58,482 bases of DNA from Macrostomum lignano. Its lineage: Eukaryota. A program made the position numbers and the translations under genes. Each line of letters opens with the position of its first letter. The stretch's first letter is position 1. The notes under the pieces are model-generated. The model was not told the DNA's origin. It searched no databases and saw only the letters and a program-made list of their open reading frames with translations. The DNA is taken from contig NIVC01003540.1 of assembly GCA_002269645.1 (NCBI GenBank), positions 1 through 58,482 on the forward strand, in the 5' to 3' direction. Below, in pieces: positions 21,403-35,031 of this stretch.

Positions 21403-24400
21403 ATGGAGGTCGACTCTGAAGATATTCAATTGCTGTCAATGACAATGACCGACCTGCGATCCGACCAACTGGAGGTGAGATTGAGTTTGCTTTTGCAATA
21501 ACAGAAATCGCTAAGTCTCGAAAAGCTCATGCTGGTAAAATGCTAGAAAGCAGTCAAAAAGTAACAGCTTTGATCCACCTCTAGCCATAGCTCTCCACTC
21601 TCTCCTCACCAGTCTAAGCTGGGGCCTTGTGACCCAACTTGCATCACCTACGGTTGAGACGAGAGCCGTGGGCGCGGTGTGAAATGTGTCACTTGGGACT
21701 GAGATCTGCGAACAGCTCTGATCACTGGTTTCGGGGTGCAAACTTTAGCATGCTGCTGAGCGTATTTTGACGTTGGAAGGCCGCTTTACCAGACCGATTC
21801 GTACGGGTTGATGAATGAGTACATGTACTATTTTCGGACTTCTTGAACTTTAGGTAGATAAAATAGTTGCAGTTTTGATATGATCATAATTTTGTCTCTA
21901 CAGAGGTTTTGATGGTGCTGATTTCATATTTGAACTTCCTTTTTTTGTAGCTTAAAGCCAACCGCCAGGGCATGGGGAATGGGGGGGTTTAGGGTGGGGA
22001 GAATCTTCATAGGGATTGATTTTACGTACCTAAACTTCAATAGAGGCATGGAGATCTATTGAAGATTAGGTAGATAAATTTGGAGACTAAGGGGGTCCAA
22101 GGGGGGTTGTAATGAAGCTTAATTAAATTAAAAATTCAGCAAGTTATCAAACACCTCCATGGAGAAAAATTATAATCCTATCAAACTACATGTAATTGAT
22201 ATTAGCAGCTGTACTTACCTTTAAAATGGAGAAGACAACCGTAGATTAGTAGAAATAAGTATAGTTAAACATGTAAAGAATGTACGGCTAGTCACAACCA
22301 TGACAGAACGACAGCGAATCAAAAGCAGGAGGTGAGGGTGGAGGCGAACCGTGAGTCAGCATTTTTTTAAAACACTAATTTGACGTGGCAACTCTCGCTG
22401 CACTATAACAAAGTGAGTGAAGAAAAATTAAAACAGACACTCTTTTTATCAGAGTTGAAATTCTAACCCTCTAAATGTTCTTTTAAAATGAATTTGTTAA
22501 ATTGTGGAAAATATTTACGTTTGAGAGTCATGATTCTAAAAAAAATTAAATTTTCAAACATACAATTCACCGAAACTGCTTGCATCAAATTATCACTAAT
22601 TATGTGGAGGATTAACAAATTGAGCTCCTGTTAGCTCTGAAGGTAATTTTTTGCAGTTTTTTTGCTTTATTATCATTTTGGACAGCCTCTAAGACTCTGG
22701 CGAAAGTTTCAGAAAAATCGGAAAATCGGAAGTATTTTATGTACCTAAAGTTCAAGAAGTCCCTATTTTCTCTTGCAGAACCAGCTGCTGCGACACGTGG
22801 ACAGCCTCAACAAGCCTTTGGTCAACCCCAGACTTCGGAGCAGCTTTGAGCAGCTGCGGGCTGAACACCCGAGACGCTTTGCCGAGCTGTGCAAAGTGCA
22901 CCTGTCCTTCATCACCGACGTGCCAGCCGACTTCCTGGAAGATGAGACCGCCTGCTCCGGCCCGCGACTCGCTGGACATCCCGACGGTCTGGCCAACAAA
23001 TCCACGACTTCCCTCACTCGCTGGCTCGCCATCGGATTGCTGAGCCGCCCCGCAGGTGAATCGCTGGGTGAGCTTTTCTGGAGCTACTCCATCATCACTA
23101 TCACTCCGTCACTCACTCAGTCTCTCTCCGTCACTCTCGCCGTCACTCTCGCCGCCACTCTCGCTGTCACTCTCGCCGTCACTCTCTCCGTCACTCTCGC
23201 CGTCACTCTCTCCGTCACTCTCGCCGTCACTCTCGCCGTCACCCTCGCCGTCACTCTCGCCGTTACTCTTTCCGGAAATCTCTCGTCCCCGAAGTGAATT
23301 TCCGTATTCCTCCCGGCCCGATCCCGCAGGCCTCCACCGGCCGCCTGACGATGCCGCGCAGCTGTGGCAGGCCGAGTCGCTGCTCTCCCTGCTGTCCCGC
23401 CAGCTGCAGGCCGGCCAGCCCAGGGAAGGCCTGTTTCGCAAGGCCGGCTCTCTGCTGCGCCAGCGCCAGATCCGCGACTGCCTGCGCGAAGGCCGTCTGC
23501 TGGACTCCGCGGACTTGAGCTGCCACGACACCGCAGGCGCTCTAAAGAACTGCCTCGCCGACCTGCCAGAGCCGCTGCTCACCAGCCGCCTGCTGCCGTA
23601 CTTCCAGCGGCTGGCGGCGCCCCCACCGCTCCTCGACCAGCCGCTGGCCGCAGCCCGCCAGCTGCGGGGACTTCGACTGCTTATGCAGCTGCTGCCCGCC
23701 CGACGCCGCTGTCTGCTGGCGCGGCTGCTCTGCCTGCTGCACTCCCTGTCCGCCGATCCAGAGAGCCGCATGTGCCCCGAATCCCTGGGCACCGTGCTGG
23801 GCCCCGCCCTGCTGTACCCGCCCGTCTGTGGCTGGGATGCCGCACTGGTCTGCGCCCGCGCCGTCGGCCTCAACTCTGCGGCTGCTCGCCTTGTGGAACT
23901 CGGACCTGCGCTGCTGGAGGTCAGCCTGTGCTGCGCACACTGCATGAGCATGTGACCTTGCCGCACTGACCCACTGACACACTGACACACTGACCTACTG
24001 ACACACTGACCCACAGACAAACTGACACACTGACCCACTGACCTACTGACACACTGACCCACTGACCCACTGACACACTGACACACTGACCCACTGACCC
24101 ACTGACCTACTGACACACTGACCCACTGACCCACTGACACACTGACCCACTGACACACTGACCTACTGACACACTGACACACTGACCCACTGACCCACTG
24201 ACACACTGACCCACTGACACACTGACCCACTGACCCAGTGACACACTGACCCACTGACCCACTGACACACTGACACACTGACCCACTGACCCACTGACAC
24301 ACTGACACACTGACCCACTGACACACTGACCCACTGACCCACTGACACACTGACCCACTGACACACTGACACACTGACCCACTGACCCACTGACACATTG

Positions 24401-25256
24401 ACGCACTGACCCACTGACCCACTGGCACACTGACCCACTGACACACTGACACACTGACCCACTGACCCACTGACACACTGACCCACTGACCCAGTGACAC
24501 ACTGACACACTGACCCACTGACCCACTGGCACACTGACACACTGACACACTGACACACTGACACACTGACCTACTGACCCACTGACACACTGACCCACTG
24601 ACCCACTGACACACTGACCCACTGACACACTGACAACACACTGACCCACTGACCCACTGAACCACTGACCCACTGACCCACTGACACACTGACACACTGA
24701 CCCACTGACACACTGACCCACTGACCCACTGACACACTGACCACAGACAACACGGACTCGCTGACCCACGGACACTGACACACGGCCCAATGACCAACTG
24801 ACCTGCGCTGATCCATGCACTCACCGAATGATCCAATGACCCACTGATTTACTGACCTCTAGACCCACTGACCCACTGAACCAAATTCCAAACCGATCCG
24901 CTGACCCGTTGACCTACATTGTTTTCATTATTTAGCCTGCAGATCTGATACACGCCCTGCATCCCTTCCCCTTCCCCCCCGCTCCGCAGATACCCGAGAG
25001 CCTCGGCGTTGATGCCGCTCGCGCCCTCGACCGACTGCGACTTGGCCGAAACCCCGGCGCCGACGAAGTTTGCCTGTCATTGCGCTTTGCCGATTGTCCT
25101 CGATTTCCGGACCCAGCCGGGTTCACCCGGGCCCAGCTGGCCGACCTCTACACCGCTGTCCACTGCCTGCCGGAGTCCGGGCGGAAGCGGCGCCTGCTCC
25201 GCCGCTTTAACCGCTGCAACGGCGGCCTGGCGAAGCCGTCTCGACCGCGAACTTGA
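21403..25256 (+). CDS. ARHGAP19: RhoGAP, ARHGAP19-like; exons 21403-21474, 22779-23055, 23330-23919, 24990-25256
   Basis: LRAEHPRRFAELC..; EGLFRKAG (arginine finger); LPEPLLT; C-terminal LADLYTAVHCLPESGRKRRLLRRFN matching the ARHGAP19 tail. Exon phases are compatible. Confidence 0.8.
23105..23270. repeat. 12-bp intronic repeat
   Basis: Unit TCACTCTCGCCG. Confidence 0.9.
23962..24880. repeat. 8-bp ACTGAC(A/C)C microsatellite filling RhoGAP intron 3
   Basis: Mixed ACTGACAC/ACTGACCC units, on the order of 100 copies. Confidence 0.95.
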
Positions 25257-25770
25257 TCCAGCCGACTTTGACCCAGCCAACTTTTACCCAGACGACTTTG
25301 ACCTAGCTGACTTTGACCCAGCCGAATTTGACCCAGCCGACTTTGACCCAGCCGACTTTGACCCAGCCGACATTGACGTAGCCGACATTGACTCAGCCGA
25401 CTTTGACCCAGCTGACTTTGACCCAGCCGACTTTGACCCAGCCGACTTTGACCCAGCTGACTTTGACCCAGCCGACTTTGACCCAACCGACTTTGACTCA
25501 ACCAACTGACCCAGCCGAACTTGACCTAGCCGAATTTAACCCAGCTGACCTTGACCCAGCCGACATTGACCCAGCCGACTTTGACCCAGCCGACATTGAC
25601 CCAGCCGACATTGACCCAGCCGACATTGACGTAGCCGACATTGACTCAGCCGACTTTGACCCAGCTGACTTTGACCCAGCCGACTTTGACTCAACCAACT
25701 GACCCAGCCGAACTTGACTTAGCCGAATTTAACCCAGCTGACCTTGACCCAGCCGACCTGACTCTGACCC
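25257..25770. repeat. 15-bp repeat in the RhoGAP 3' region
   Basis: Unit GACTTTGACCCAGCC, starting at the stop codon, with a higher-order duplication. Confidence 0.92.
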
Positions 25771-26284
25771 AGGCAAAGCGACGAACCGGGGAGTTATTCC
25801 GCTCTACCCTTGCAATGCCCCATCATGTTCCAAGGCCAGGTGTCGGCCTGTTTTCGACTGAATTTACCTATCGGATTGTTTTGATTGATTGCGACTTTAT
25901 TGCGAATATTTTTACCTCTACTCCCTGATTCCTCTCCAAACGTTTGAAGGCCTGCTTTTTACCTTCGCGACTTCCTGTGCAGCCGCTCGACGCTTCATTT
26001 TACTGCGCTGTTCTTATTTACTGCAGCCTCTAAAATCTGCTGAGATCTCCTTTTTACTTTGCTGCATGGCCGTTGTCGATAGAGTAAAAATCCTCAAAAG
26101 AAAACAAAAACAGCATAAACCCGCATAACAACCACTGCCGATCTTGGCGCTAAATTCGTGCGTTTCCTGCTCTTCATTGCCCATGCACTCGTGCACACAC
26201 TGTGCAGTGTAGCGCATGGAGATTTAAAGCTTTCGCCGTCCGTAGAAGCAAACCATGCCAGTTTGCGCGTTCGAACGATGTGCC

Positions 26285-26375
26285 AGTGGGGCTGGGACTC
26301 GTGGGACAGGCTGACTCGCGCCAGGACCCCTGGTTCGATTCCGTGCGTCCCCATTTATTTGGGGCTTGCCTGACA
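26285..26375 (+). mobile_element. tRNA-derived SINE fragment
   Basis: B-box GGTTCGATTCC at 26332; core GCGCCAGGACCCCTGGTTCG..TTTGGGGC is shared with the copy at ~44010. Confidence 0.5.
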
Positions 26376-27035
26376 TTTAGAAAGTCGCGGGTGGGGGGGC
26401 GTTGTACACCCCGTGTGAGCGTGTGTACGAGTGCGGGCCTGCGTACAGTGTTGGCGCGCTTGTGTGTGCTCAGTAGGCCGCGGGATCAGAATTGCCTCGG
26501 CGCTGTTTTTGGGACGACTTTACCAAAGACCACTTTACTTTGCCAGATTATTTTAAGGGGTGTCTGCCCCCTCGATCCAGTCAGGCCGCCTGATCCATTT
26601 TGTTGATCAGATTTTGCAATCTTAACACTAAAAAAGTTTGCCACTTCAGTGCTTACCGTACCTGGTACAAGTAATTATATAACCGCTTATAATAACCCCC
26701 CCGAAGTGGCCCTCACCCGGGATCCTCTGCATGGACGCATCCAGAAGTGTAGAACACTCGGGTAGAGCAATAATATGCTCTATCGGATGCATACACATAG
26801 ACTTCAAGAACTGGAGCGCATGTGCACTCCGGGCTACTTCGGTTGGTTGGGAAGCAATCGGGTGATGGCGGATTCGCGGTCCACAGGATCCACATGTATA
26901 GCAGATGCACATGTATACACTTTGTTAAATTTTGTGCCGTTTTTTAGGCTGACGTCATTTTTGCTTGGGCGGCTCCTTGGAGAAGCCGTTGATAACAATA
27001 CTCGTAAATAAACGCAAATGCAGATGGATCTTATG

Positions 27036-27332
27036 GGGGCCCATCACAAGCTCAAAAAATCACATCGTCGAAAAGCATCCACCATCACAAGCTCGAAAAT
27101 TCATAAGCTCGAAAAATCATATCGTCGAAAAGTCTAGCAACCTCCATCATAAGCTCGAAAATTCACAAGCTCGTGATGGTGGCTGCTAAATCAGTTTTCG
27201 ACGATGTGATTTTCGACGCTGATGGTGGTTGCTAAACTTTTCGACCATATGATTTTTCGAGCTTGTGACTTCGAGCTTGTGATGGAGCCTTGTTTTCGAC
27301 GATGTGATTTTTCGAGCTTATGATGGCGACCC
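27036..27332. mobile_element. Foldback-like MITE with modular inverted arms
   Basis: Left CCATCACAAGCTC..AAAAATCACATCGTCGAAAA modules mirror right TTTTCGACGATGTGATTTTTCGAGCTTATGATGG. Confidence 0.7.
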
Positions 27333-30300
27333 GATGCATTCTATTGCTGGACAAATCAATATTCTACGAGTTTAGCTAGTTTGAACCACCTGATAGCGCT
27401 AAACAGAATCTAGACTTGAAAGAAAAAGTGGGGGCACCGGGCACCTCCAATCAACAAAAGAAATATTCACTAAACGGCTTCATCGATACATGTAGTTATT
27501 TTGTAACGAGTCCGGTTTATTTACGAGCTAGTACCTCGTGCAGTGGAGACAAGTCTTGGGGTAGGGTACTAGCAGTAGTATGTATATATTTGAGTGACCA
27601 CGCCAATCAGGATTTGCTAGCAACGAAATAGTACTATTGTTTGCAAATTATTAGTTTTATTATTATGCGTGCTTCAATACGCATACGATATTAATCGTTT
27701 GAATCTTGCATGGACTAATTGATCTCCATGCGTAAATCCAAGGCTGCCGCCACATGCGCGCGCGCTTTTAATTCAGTAATTGCAGTAATTAAGACTACAG
27801 ACTAATTAAGACTAATTAAGACTAAAGACGGTCTCTGACTGTTTTTACCCCGGCTGCCTCTCTGGCGGCATTTCTCGGGTTGCGCGAAATCCATGCAATT
27901 GGCCTAGCACTCGCTAGCCCAATCAAACAGCTAGTCCTCACCGGAGGTGATGTACACATCTAAAAATAGCCCTTCTTTTTCGGCATTCTAATTAGCTCCA
28001 ATTTTTTGGCCATCGGCCTTGGGTTAGGGGTGGTGTACCTGGAGTGAGTTGGAGATCTGGACTGCAGTGTGGCTAGAACGGGACTTGAGCCCCCCGGTCG
28101 CACCCGCCCTGCAGGAAAGACGACCATTCACAAAAGTGTACGGTAGAGCCCAGTTGATGCCAGCTAGCACTGAGGCTGGCCCTGGGTTAGGGTTCAGGTG
28201 CTCCTCCTTTCTGCCATTCTTTTTTTCTGGGCTGGCATCCCAGCGCGGTTTTATCCCCTTGCTTTTATGCTTTTATCTTTTTATCTTGGCCATTAGAATG
28301 CCTTCCAATTCTCGGAGTTATGAGCTCTGCCCTACCTACCTGGTCCATCTTGCCTGCCTTGGTCCATCTGCTGGCTCCTCTGGCTGTCTCCCTGCTTATT
28401 GTGTCTAGGCTCTCATCACTCACTGACAAGTGGATTGGAGTCCTGGGCTGGATGTTCGTCCCGAATCGGGGAAAACCGGCTGAGTCCGGTTTCCTCTTGC
28501 CCCCCTCCCCCCTTGGCTGGCCCTTCCGAGACTAGGATAATCCCTCTCTCGGACTTTATTATCCAAACAGTGTTTAGAGCTGGGTGGTGAAAAAACCTTG
28601 AGGTTTGCAGCCCTGCATATTAGGAAATTGCAAAGTTCGCCTTCTGGCAGGAGACTCGCCCCCGGTAAATAAGCTGCCCAGACTCGCCCCAATCTAAAAG
28701 CTTTCTTCCGTAGACTTTGGGTCTCCCCACTCTCGGACTGCTTCTTAAAAATTCGAATTCTTTTTTCGCGCACACTCGGGTTTTGTCGTGTTGGGTGGTG
28801 GCTTGGGTGGACTCGGTCCTACTAGCACCTACTTGATTCCACTTTTTGGGTTGGCGGTGTCTTGTACCGTAGGTTTGGGCTAGTAGCACCAAAATTTCCC
28901 CCTGGCCTAGACGTCGGGGCCCAAGCATGTGGGTATCTCGGGCTTAGGCCCCTGGCAGTGCCCCTCAGCGGCAGAGCCCCCTTTCGGGCTGATCCGCGGG
29001 TAGCCCCTAGCTTCCCACCCTCGTTTAACAACAACAACAATTAAGACGTGCAACAATTGATTATTGCGTGCACGTTCAAATAAAGTCCTTGGTTCAAAAA
29101 TGAGTAGGATTTCTTGGAAAACAGTGCAATTAAACAAACTCTTATAAACGATCTATTAAAAAACCGTGGAATAAACTTACGCAGATAGTTACAACAGCTA
29201 CGAAAAAGTAACTTAATTAAAGTTAACAAAATAAATTTGCTTCTAATTACAGAATTATCAAACCGTAACGTTATTATCGCCGGCATTGGTTTGCGCTTTA
29301 AAAATTATGGAAATCTCAGAGTAAACTTAACAGAGAAGCGGTGTGTATAGTGTACATTCAGAAATCAGAATTTTTTTCTTATGCCTTATTCAAGCTAATT
29401 AAATTGTTTACATATGTAGTTATTTTAAATATTACCATCTTACCCGATCATACTTCCAAGTTCCAGTTCGCATTCTCATGTCATGTCAAGTTTACATTAC
29501 AAGTCAACGGGCAGATTTACAGTCATTGTATGTATCATGTATTCTGCATTGATAGAACGTGTACTTTTATTTTAAACGCAACTTAAACTTCTTTTTTTTC
29601 TGGAAAACTAAATAGCAATTAAGAAAACACTTGATACATGTACATCCATTGCTTCATATTTCAACTAAATATACAACTCAACACAAGCATTCGATTGTAT
29701 TTGGTACCATTATGTTTATGGTCGTTTTGTAATTAAGTAATAACACACCCACCACTGAATATTTGGGGGCCCATGCCATGTAGAATTAGAAATCAAGAGT
29801 TAATGTCTTCTAACTCTTAACACTTAAGGCAGCTAGGCCTAGCATTGACAGCAATGTGTGGTATAAACTAGGATTCAAGTTTAAATGTTTATAGGAGTTT
29901 CTTAGAAGTTAGGAGCAAACTTTAAGAGTTAAAAGTGAATCTACATAGTACAACCAGCCTTATCATAATATCATTGATATTGCCATTAGCATTGGGTCAA
30001 TGATAATAATAGGATTAGTATTATATTACTTTAACCTGTTTTGACTGTTCATATGTGCTTTAAACTTTAATTTGTCTTGTCTACTAGAATTAGCTATCAT
30101 TTTTGCTAGGTTTATCTTTTATAGTTATAGTCCAGCTTTATAATTTTTAATTTATACTAGTAAGATTTTTATTTTGACCTTTCACTTTCAAAGCAAAGTT
30201 TTTAATATTAGTTTCAATCTTAGGAATTTTTTGCTATGTATCTACTGTATGTATCTAATGTATCTAGATCTAATGTATCTACTGTGTCATATATGCTAGG

Positions 30301-30353
30301 ATATACCCTGATGTATACTGAAAAATAGTAAGACCCTTGTTGTATGGGTTGAC

Positions 30354-30927
30354 GGTCATTTCGTCTGCCGCCTTTTCGTCTGCCGCCTTTTCGTTTGCCA
30401 ATATACGATATAGTTGTTTCGTCTGCCAATATATATAATATATAAATCGTAATAACTAATTATGTCATCAAGCTTCGCATGGAAGTGTAATGTAAATGTC
30501 TTATTAATTATAATTTATTATAATGCTAGGATTTTTCTGAAAGTTCCGGAGCTAATATGTTGCATTTAAATACACAAAGCCAGAAGCAAATATCTCCAAC
30601 CGTTTAGTTTCCTTCCAACTTTCTTTTTTTCGTGTATGTAAACTCATGCAATTTATTCACGAATACAAGTAGCTTAAATGCACAAATAACTTCGCATCGA
30701 TGCGTCGAAAGTATTATATAGGTTAGTTAGGTTTCGTAGATAATGAAGAAAAACAAAATGTATCAATATAAATAAGAAAACATACTTAAAAGTTGCTTAT
30801 ACTAATTTATTTTAATTTCCTACATAAAAATACTAAATAAGTGAACCAAAATAAACATAAATAAAAAAGTCGTTTCGTCTGCTAAAATTCTTTGGCAGAC
30901 GAAAAGGCGGCAGACGAAATGACCGCA
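30354..30927. mobile_element. MITE with ~32-bp TIR
   Basis: CGGTCATTTCGTCTGCCGCCTTTTCGTCTGCC on the left; GGCAGACGAAAAGGCGGCAGACGAAATGACCG on the right. Confidence 0.7.
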
Positions 30928-31001
30928 GACCGTTGTATGCCAGGAAATCCCAGTGTATATATTGTCTTCCAAACTATGGTAGGACATAGATGGGAGTACG
31001 A

Positions 31002-33015
31002 GATCTGCTAGCAGGAAATCTGCTAGCCAAAGTTTGCTAGCCAAAATCTGCTAGCCAAAGTTTGCTAGCCAAAATGTGCTAGCCAAAATGTGCTAGCCAA
31101 AATCTGCTAGCCAAAGTTTGCCAGCCAAAATCTGCTAGCCAAAATCTAATAGACAAAATCTGCTAGCCAAAATCTGATAGACAAAATCTGCTAGCTGAAG
31201 TTTGCTAGCCAAAATCTGCTAGCCAAAATCTGCTAGCTGAAATCTGCTAGCCAAAGTTTGCTAACAGGAATTTTGCTAGCTGCCTTGCTCTTGTAGCTAT
31301 TGCATGTTATTTGCTGTGTTTTGATTCCGATTTGAGCTGCTTTGATTCGTACGAGTAAATATATAACTTATATACCATATACTGCCACTACCAGCCATTA
31401 AGACTAAAAGTTGTGTGTATAGATAAGTTTAAATTTAACTACCTGAACTACAGCTGCCTGAGCTACCTGAACTACGGCCTTATAGCTGATAATGCTAAAA
31501 CATTATCAAATGTCTACGATCAAAATAGGACAAAAAATTATAAATGATTTTGACAATTTCCAAGTGCAGTTTTAGCATATATAGTAATTTAGCATACAGT
31601 AACACACATGTTGGTGTACAGTATCTATAGCTAGATACATGTATGTCCAAGGTACAATTTACTATAGCTATATGTATTGTTAATGTATAGATATTTTCCA
31701 TCGCTTACGGCACTGTATACAAGCAAAAACTCTATGCAGGTGTGGCCCACAAGCTTTTACCCTGTGATCATGGATGAGGATGTAATATATTTACTTTATT
31801 CAATAGTGTTAGCTCGGAGTCAATTATTGAATCACTTTCACTTGACAATCAAGCTGCATGCTCTCGTGGCTTACTTTTGCATTCTTTTATTCTTTTTTAT
31901 TTATTCTTTAGTGCTGCCTTTGCTCATTACAACTCTATGGGTTTGGCCAAAGACAGCATACCGATGCACATACAAGCAGATACTAACAAATAGCTTGTAT
32001 ATGAACTTTTTTCAATCACCTACATTAAAACCTAAATCTTATTTTCTTTTTGTCTATGATATCATCTACTGATTGCATTTTAACACGTACATGTACAAGA
32101 ACCCACGGCAAAGGCTATAGGCGGCAGATTAAGTCGTCCAGATTAAGTCGTCCCCACAACAGATTGCCTAGTTCTTAATTTACTCTGACTACCGAGAGCG
32201 GGCAAACAAAACAACTTTTTGTCATACGAGTGCTAGCTACAAAGAAATTTCTGATTTAGTAATTTTTAATTGCATTATATTACAATACAACAATGCAGGC
32301 TGCAATTATTATTATATATTGCAATTTACAGATCACTGCTAATAAGCACGCAACAAAGAGAGTCATTAGAGCAAAAAACACAAATTTATAAGTCCTACAT
32401 GATAAGTCCTGCATGATAAGTCCTGCATGATAAGTCCTGCAAAGTTCCTTGCAAAATTGGACAAGAAAAAATGTCTCTAGCAAATTACAACTTTGTAAAT
32501 TGTTGTTCGCCAGTTTTGGTTAGACTATCACTAGCAGATTTCGGCTAGCAAAATCCTCGCTAGCAAAATTCCTGCTAGCAAACTTTGGCTAGCAGATTTT
32601 GTCTAGCAGATTTTGGCTAGCAAACTTTGGCTAGCAGATTTTGTCTAGCAGATTTTGTCTAGCAGATTTCGGCTAGCACATTTTGGCTAGCAAACTTTGG
32701 CTAGCAGATTTTGTCTAGCAGATTTTGTCTAGCAGATTTCGGCTAGCACATTTTGGCTAGCAAACTTTGGCTAGCAGATTTTGTCTAGCAGATTTTGTCT
32801 AGCAGATTTCGGCTAGCACATTTCGGCTAGCAAACTTTGGCTAGCAGATTTTGGCTAGCACATTTTGGCTAGCAAACTTTGGCTGGCAGATTTTGTCTAG
32901 CAGATTTTGTCTAGCAGATTTCGGCTAGCACATTTCGGCTAGCAAACTTCGGCTAGCAGATTTCGGCTAGCACATTTCAGCTAGCAAACTTTAGCTAGCA
33001 TATTTTGGCTAGCAC
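31002..33015. mobile_element. Foldback element: inverted arms of 14-bp repeats around a ~1.2-kb unique core
   Basis: (AAAATCTGCTAGCC)n at 31002-31280 and (GGCTAGCAGATTTT)n at 32530-33015; the inner boundary CAGGAATTTTGCTAGC is mirrored. Confidence 0.75.
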
Positions 33016-33031
33016 ATTTCATAGCATACAT

Positions 33032-33187
33032 GCGCAACCTAGGGATTCGCCCGGCCGTTTCTATTGGCAACACACACATGTAAGTCGCTATTGGCTGAGA
33101 GCATTCACGTGACTACTATTCTGTCCAATAGCGACTTACATGTGTGTGTTGCCAATAGAAACGGCTGGGTGAATCCCTAGGTTGCGC
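33032..33187. mobile_element. 156-bp near-perfect hairpin MITE
   Basis: 63-bp arms GCGCAACCTAGGGATTC...GTCGCTATTGG and its reverse complement (2 mismatches); ~30-nt loop containing CACGTG. Confidence 0.8.
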
Positions 33188-34830
33188 CCAAGCATGTTTC
33201 ATAGACTTACATAGATACCTGTCTAAAGTCCAAGGATTACTTTAATTTGATTGATATTTACTATAATAGTAATAAAGATTTTAAATCTTTAAACCATTTT
33301 GTTTTGTGTTCTTAATCTTACCACAGGCCAAATTAGTTCATAAAAAATACCTAGATTATTCTTGCTGATAGGCCTAGAAATTTCAATATGCCTATTATAG
33401 ATTGTTTGCTTTAAAAGATAAGTTGGTCTATTAACTACCTTTAAAATAGACTCCATACATTTGCGCTAAAGAATGATGCTTCTATAGGGCTGCCTTGGTA
33501 TGACCACCTAGATCACCAAAGTTTGTTAGCATATACTATACCAATGGGCTAATATTAGTACCATTGTTTCACACAGAAGTGACAAAAAAATCCACAATAT
33601 TTGTCAGAATATGCTAGCCATAGATACTTCAAAGTGTCCTTTGGTTACTCTGTTAACTATAATTATTGATACAATTCTTGCTAGATCTTTGCTTTATTGG
33701 AAATAGATTACTCTCAGTGTTTGGATGCCAATAATTGTCAGTCAATTCAAGCTTGTTTTTGCAGTTAGACTGCTATGCAAAGTTGCATCTAGACTATAGA
33801 GGATGGCAAATGCTAGTCCAAACTTGTGGGTTGGTAGAAGTTACACTTTCTTGTGTTTTTTGCTCTTTAATTCCATTGCCTTTGCTGACATCTGAATCAA
33901 TGGCTGTGTTTCAGATTGGCTACAGAGGCTATAGCTAACTATTGTAACAACCTGGGTCTGGCAGCAGCCATAGAAGCTGACCTTCAGATTCAAGTTGCAT
34001 TCCTGTGGCTGCTTCAACTTGATTAGCTAATGCATTGCATTTTTGTAGAAAATACTCCATTATTTTTCATGATTTATACCATCAAAGAAGAAAGTAGAAA
34101 GTATATATAATTTGTTGCATTATTTTTTAAATAAATTTTATTAAACTTTTGATTTTAACTATACAATAGTATATAAAAAGTCCAACAAATTGGCAACCAT
34201 CAAAGTAATTGAAAACAGCTCTATTAAAACTTTTAATACTAGCTACAGATGCAGTATAACATATTTAGTCTTTCTATATAACATCCAAAAAACTGAATCA
34301 TTTATCTGGGTCCTGGGATGCACAGAACTGACAGGGGGTTAATAACCTTTGTGCCCCCCCCCCCTAGATCTGGCCCAAAATAATCACAAACCTATTTTTT
34401 CTTGCTTAACTTTATTTTTTTTTCATTGACCAGAAATTAAGTGTAGATGCTTCAATATATGAGATGGCTAGGCTACTATATGGCCTTTTGTGTCAATATA
34501 TATTTATGTCTAAATGCAAAAAAAGTATTCAAGCCACGTGATTGGCTTCTAGGTCAAAGGGTAAGACTGTCAATCACTGGGGATTCATAGATTTGAAGTG
34601 TATGGCCAACTCTAACCAAATAGAATATTAAGGTATTAGGAATACAACACTACTCTACTTTAGTTAAATTAGACATAAATGGCTATATTTTATGCACAAT
34701 GCATAGTGTAGGTGTACCTGTGCCCAAGGATTCTTAGTCAAATAGCAGTGTTGTTGGCTCTAACTGCTCACTCTGAGCGGCGCTAGTGCTCATCTTGTCG
34801 CTGCCCTCTGCCCATTTCAGCCAGCAAGAC

Positions 34831-35031
34831 ATGTCCGGCATTCTGGCTAGGCTGTACAACCCGGTGTTTCGCCGCACCTCAACCTACATCTTCGCCGTCG
34901 CCTGCGGCGCATTCGCCTTCGAGCGCATCATCGACGGCGCCTCGGAGTGGTTCTGGAATCGGCACAACCGCGGCAAGCTCTGGCAGCATGTCAAGCACCG
35001 CTACCGCCCGGCTGAGGATGATGACGAGTGA
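34831..35031 (+). CDS. UQCR10: Cytochrome b-c1 complex subunit 9, 66 aa
   Basis: LYNPVFRRTSTYIFAVACGAFAFERIID......NRGKLWQHVKHRY is the QCR9 signature. Confidence 0.92.
   Translation: MSGILARLYNPVFRRTSTYIFAVACGAFAFERIIDGASEWFWNRHNRGKLWQHVKHRYRPAEDDDE

Noticed and set aside
25009-25928. DFDPA-repeat proteins
   Set aside because: Translations of a 15-bp repeat lying after the RhoGAP stop codon.
27960-29045. Possible non-LTR element remnant ending in (AAC)n
   Set aside because: No RT or endonuclease motif and no TSD found; unsupported.
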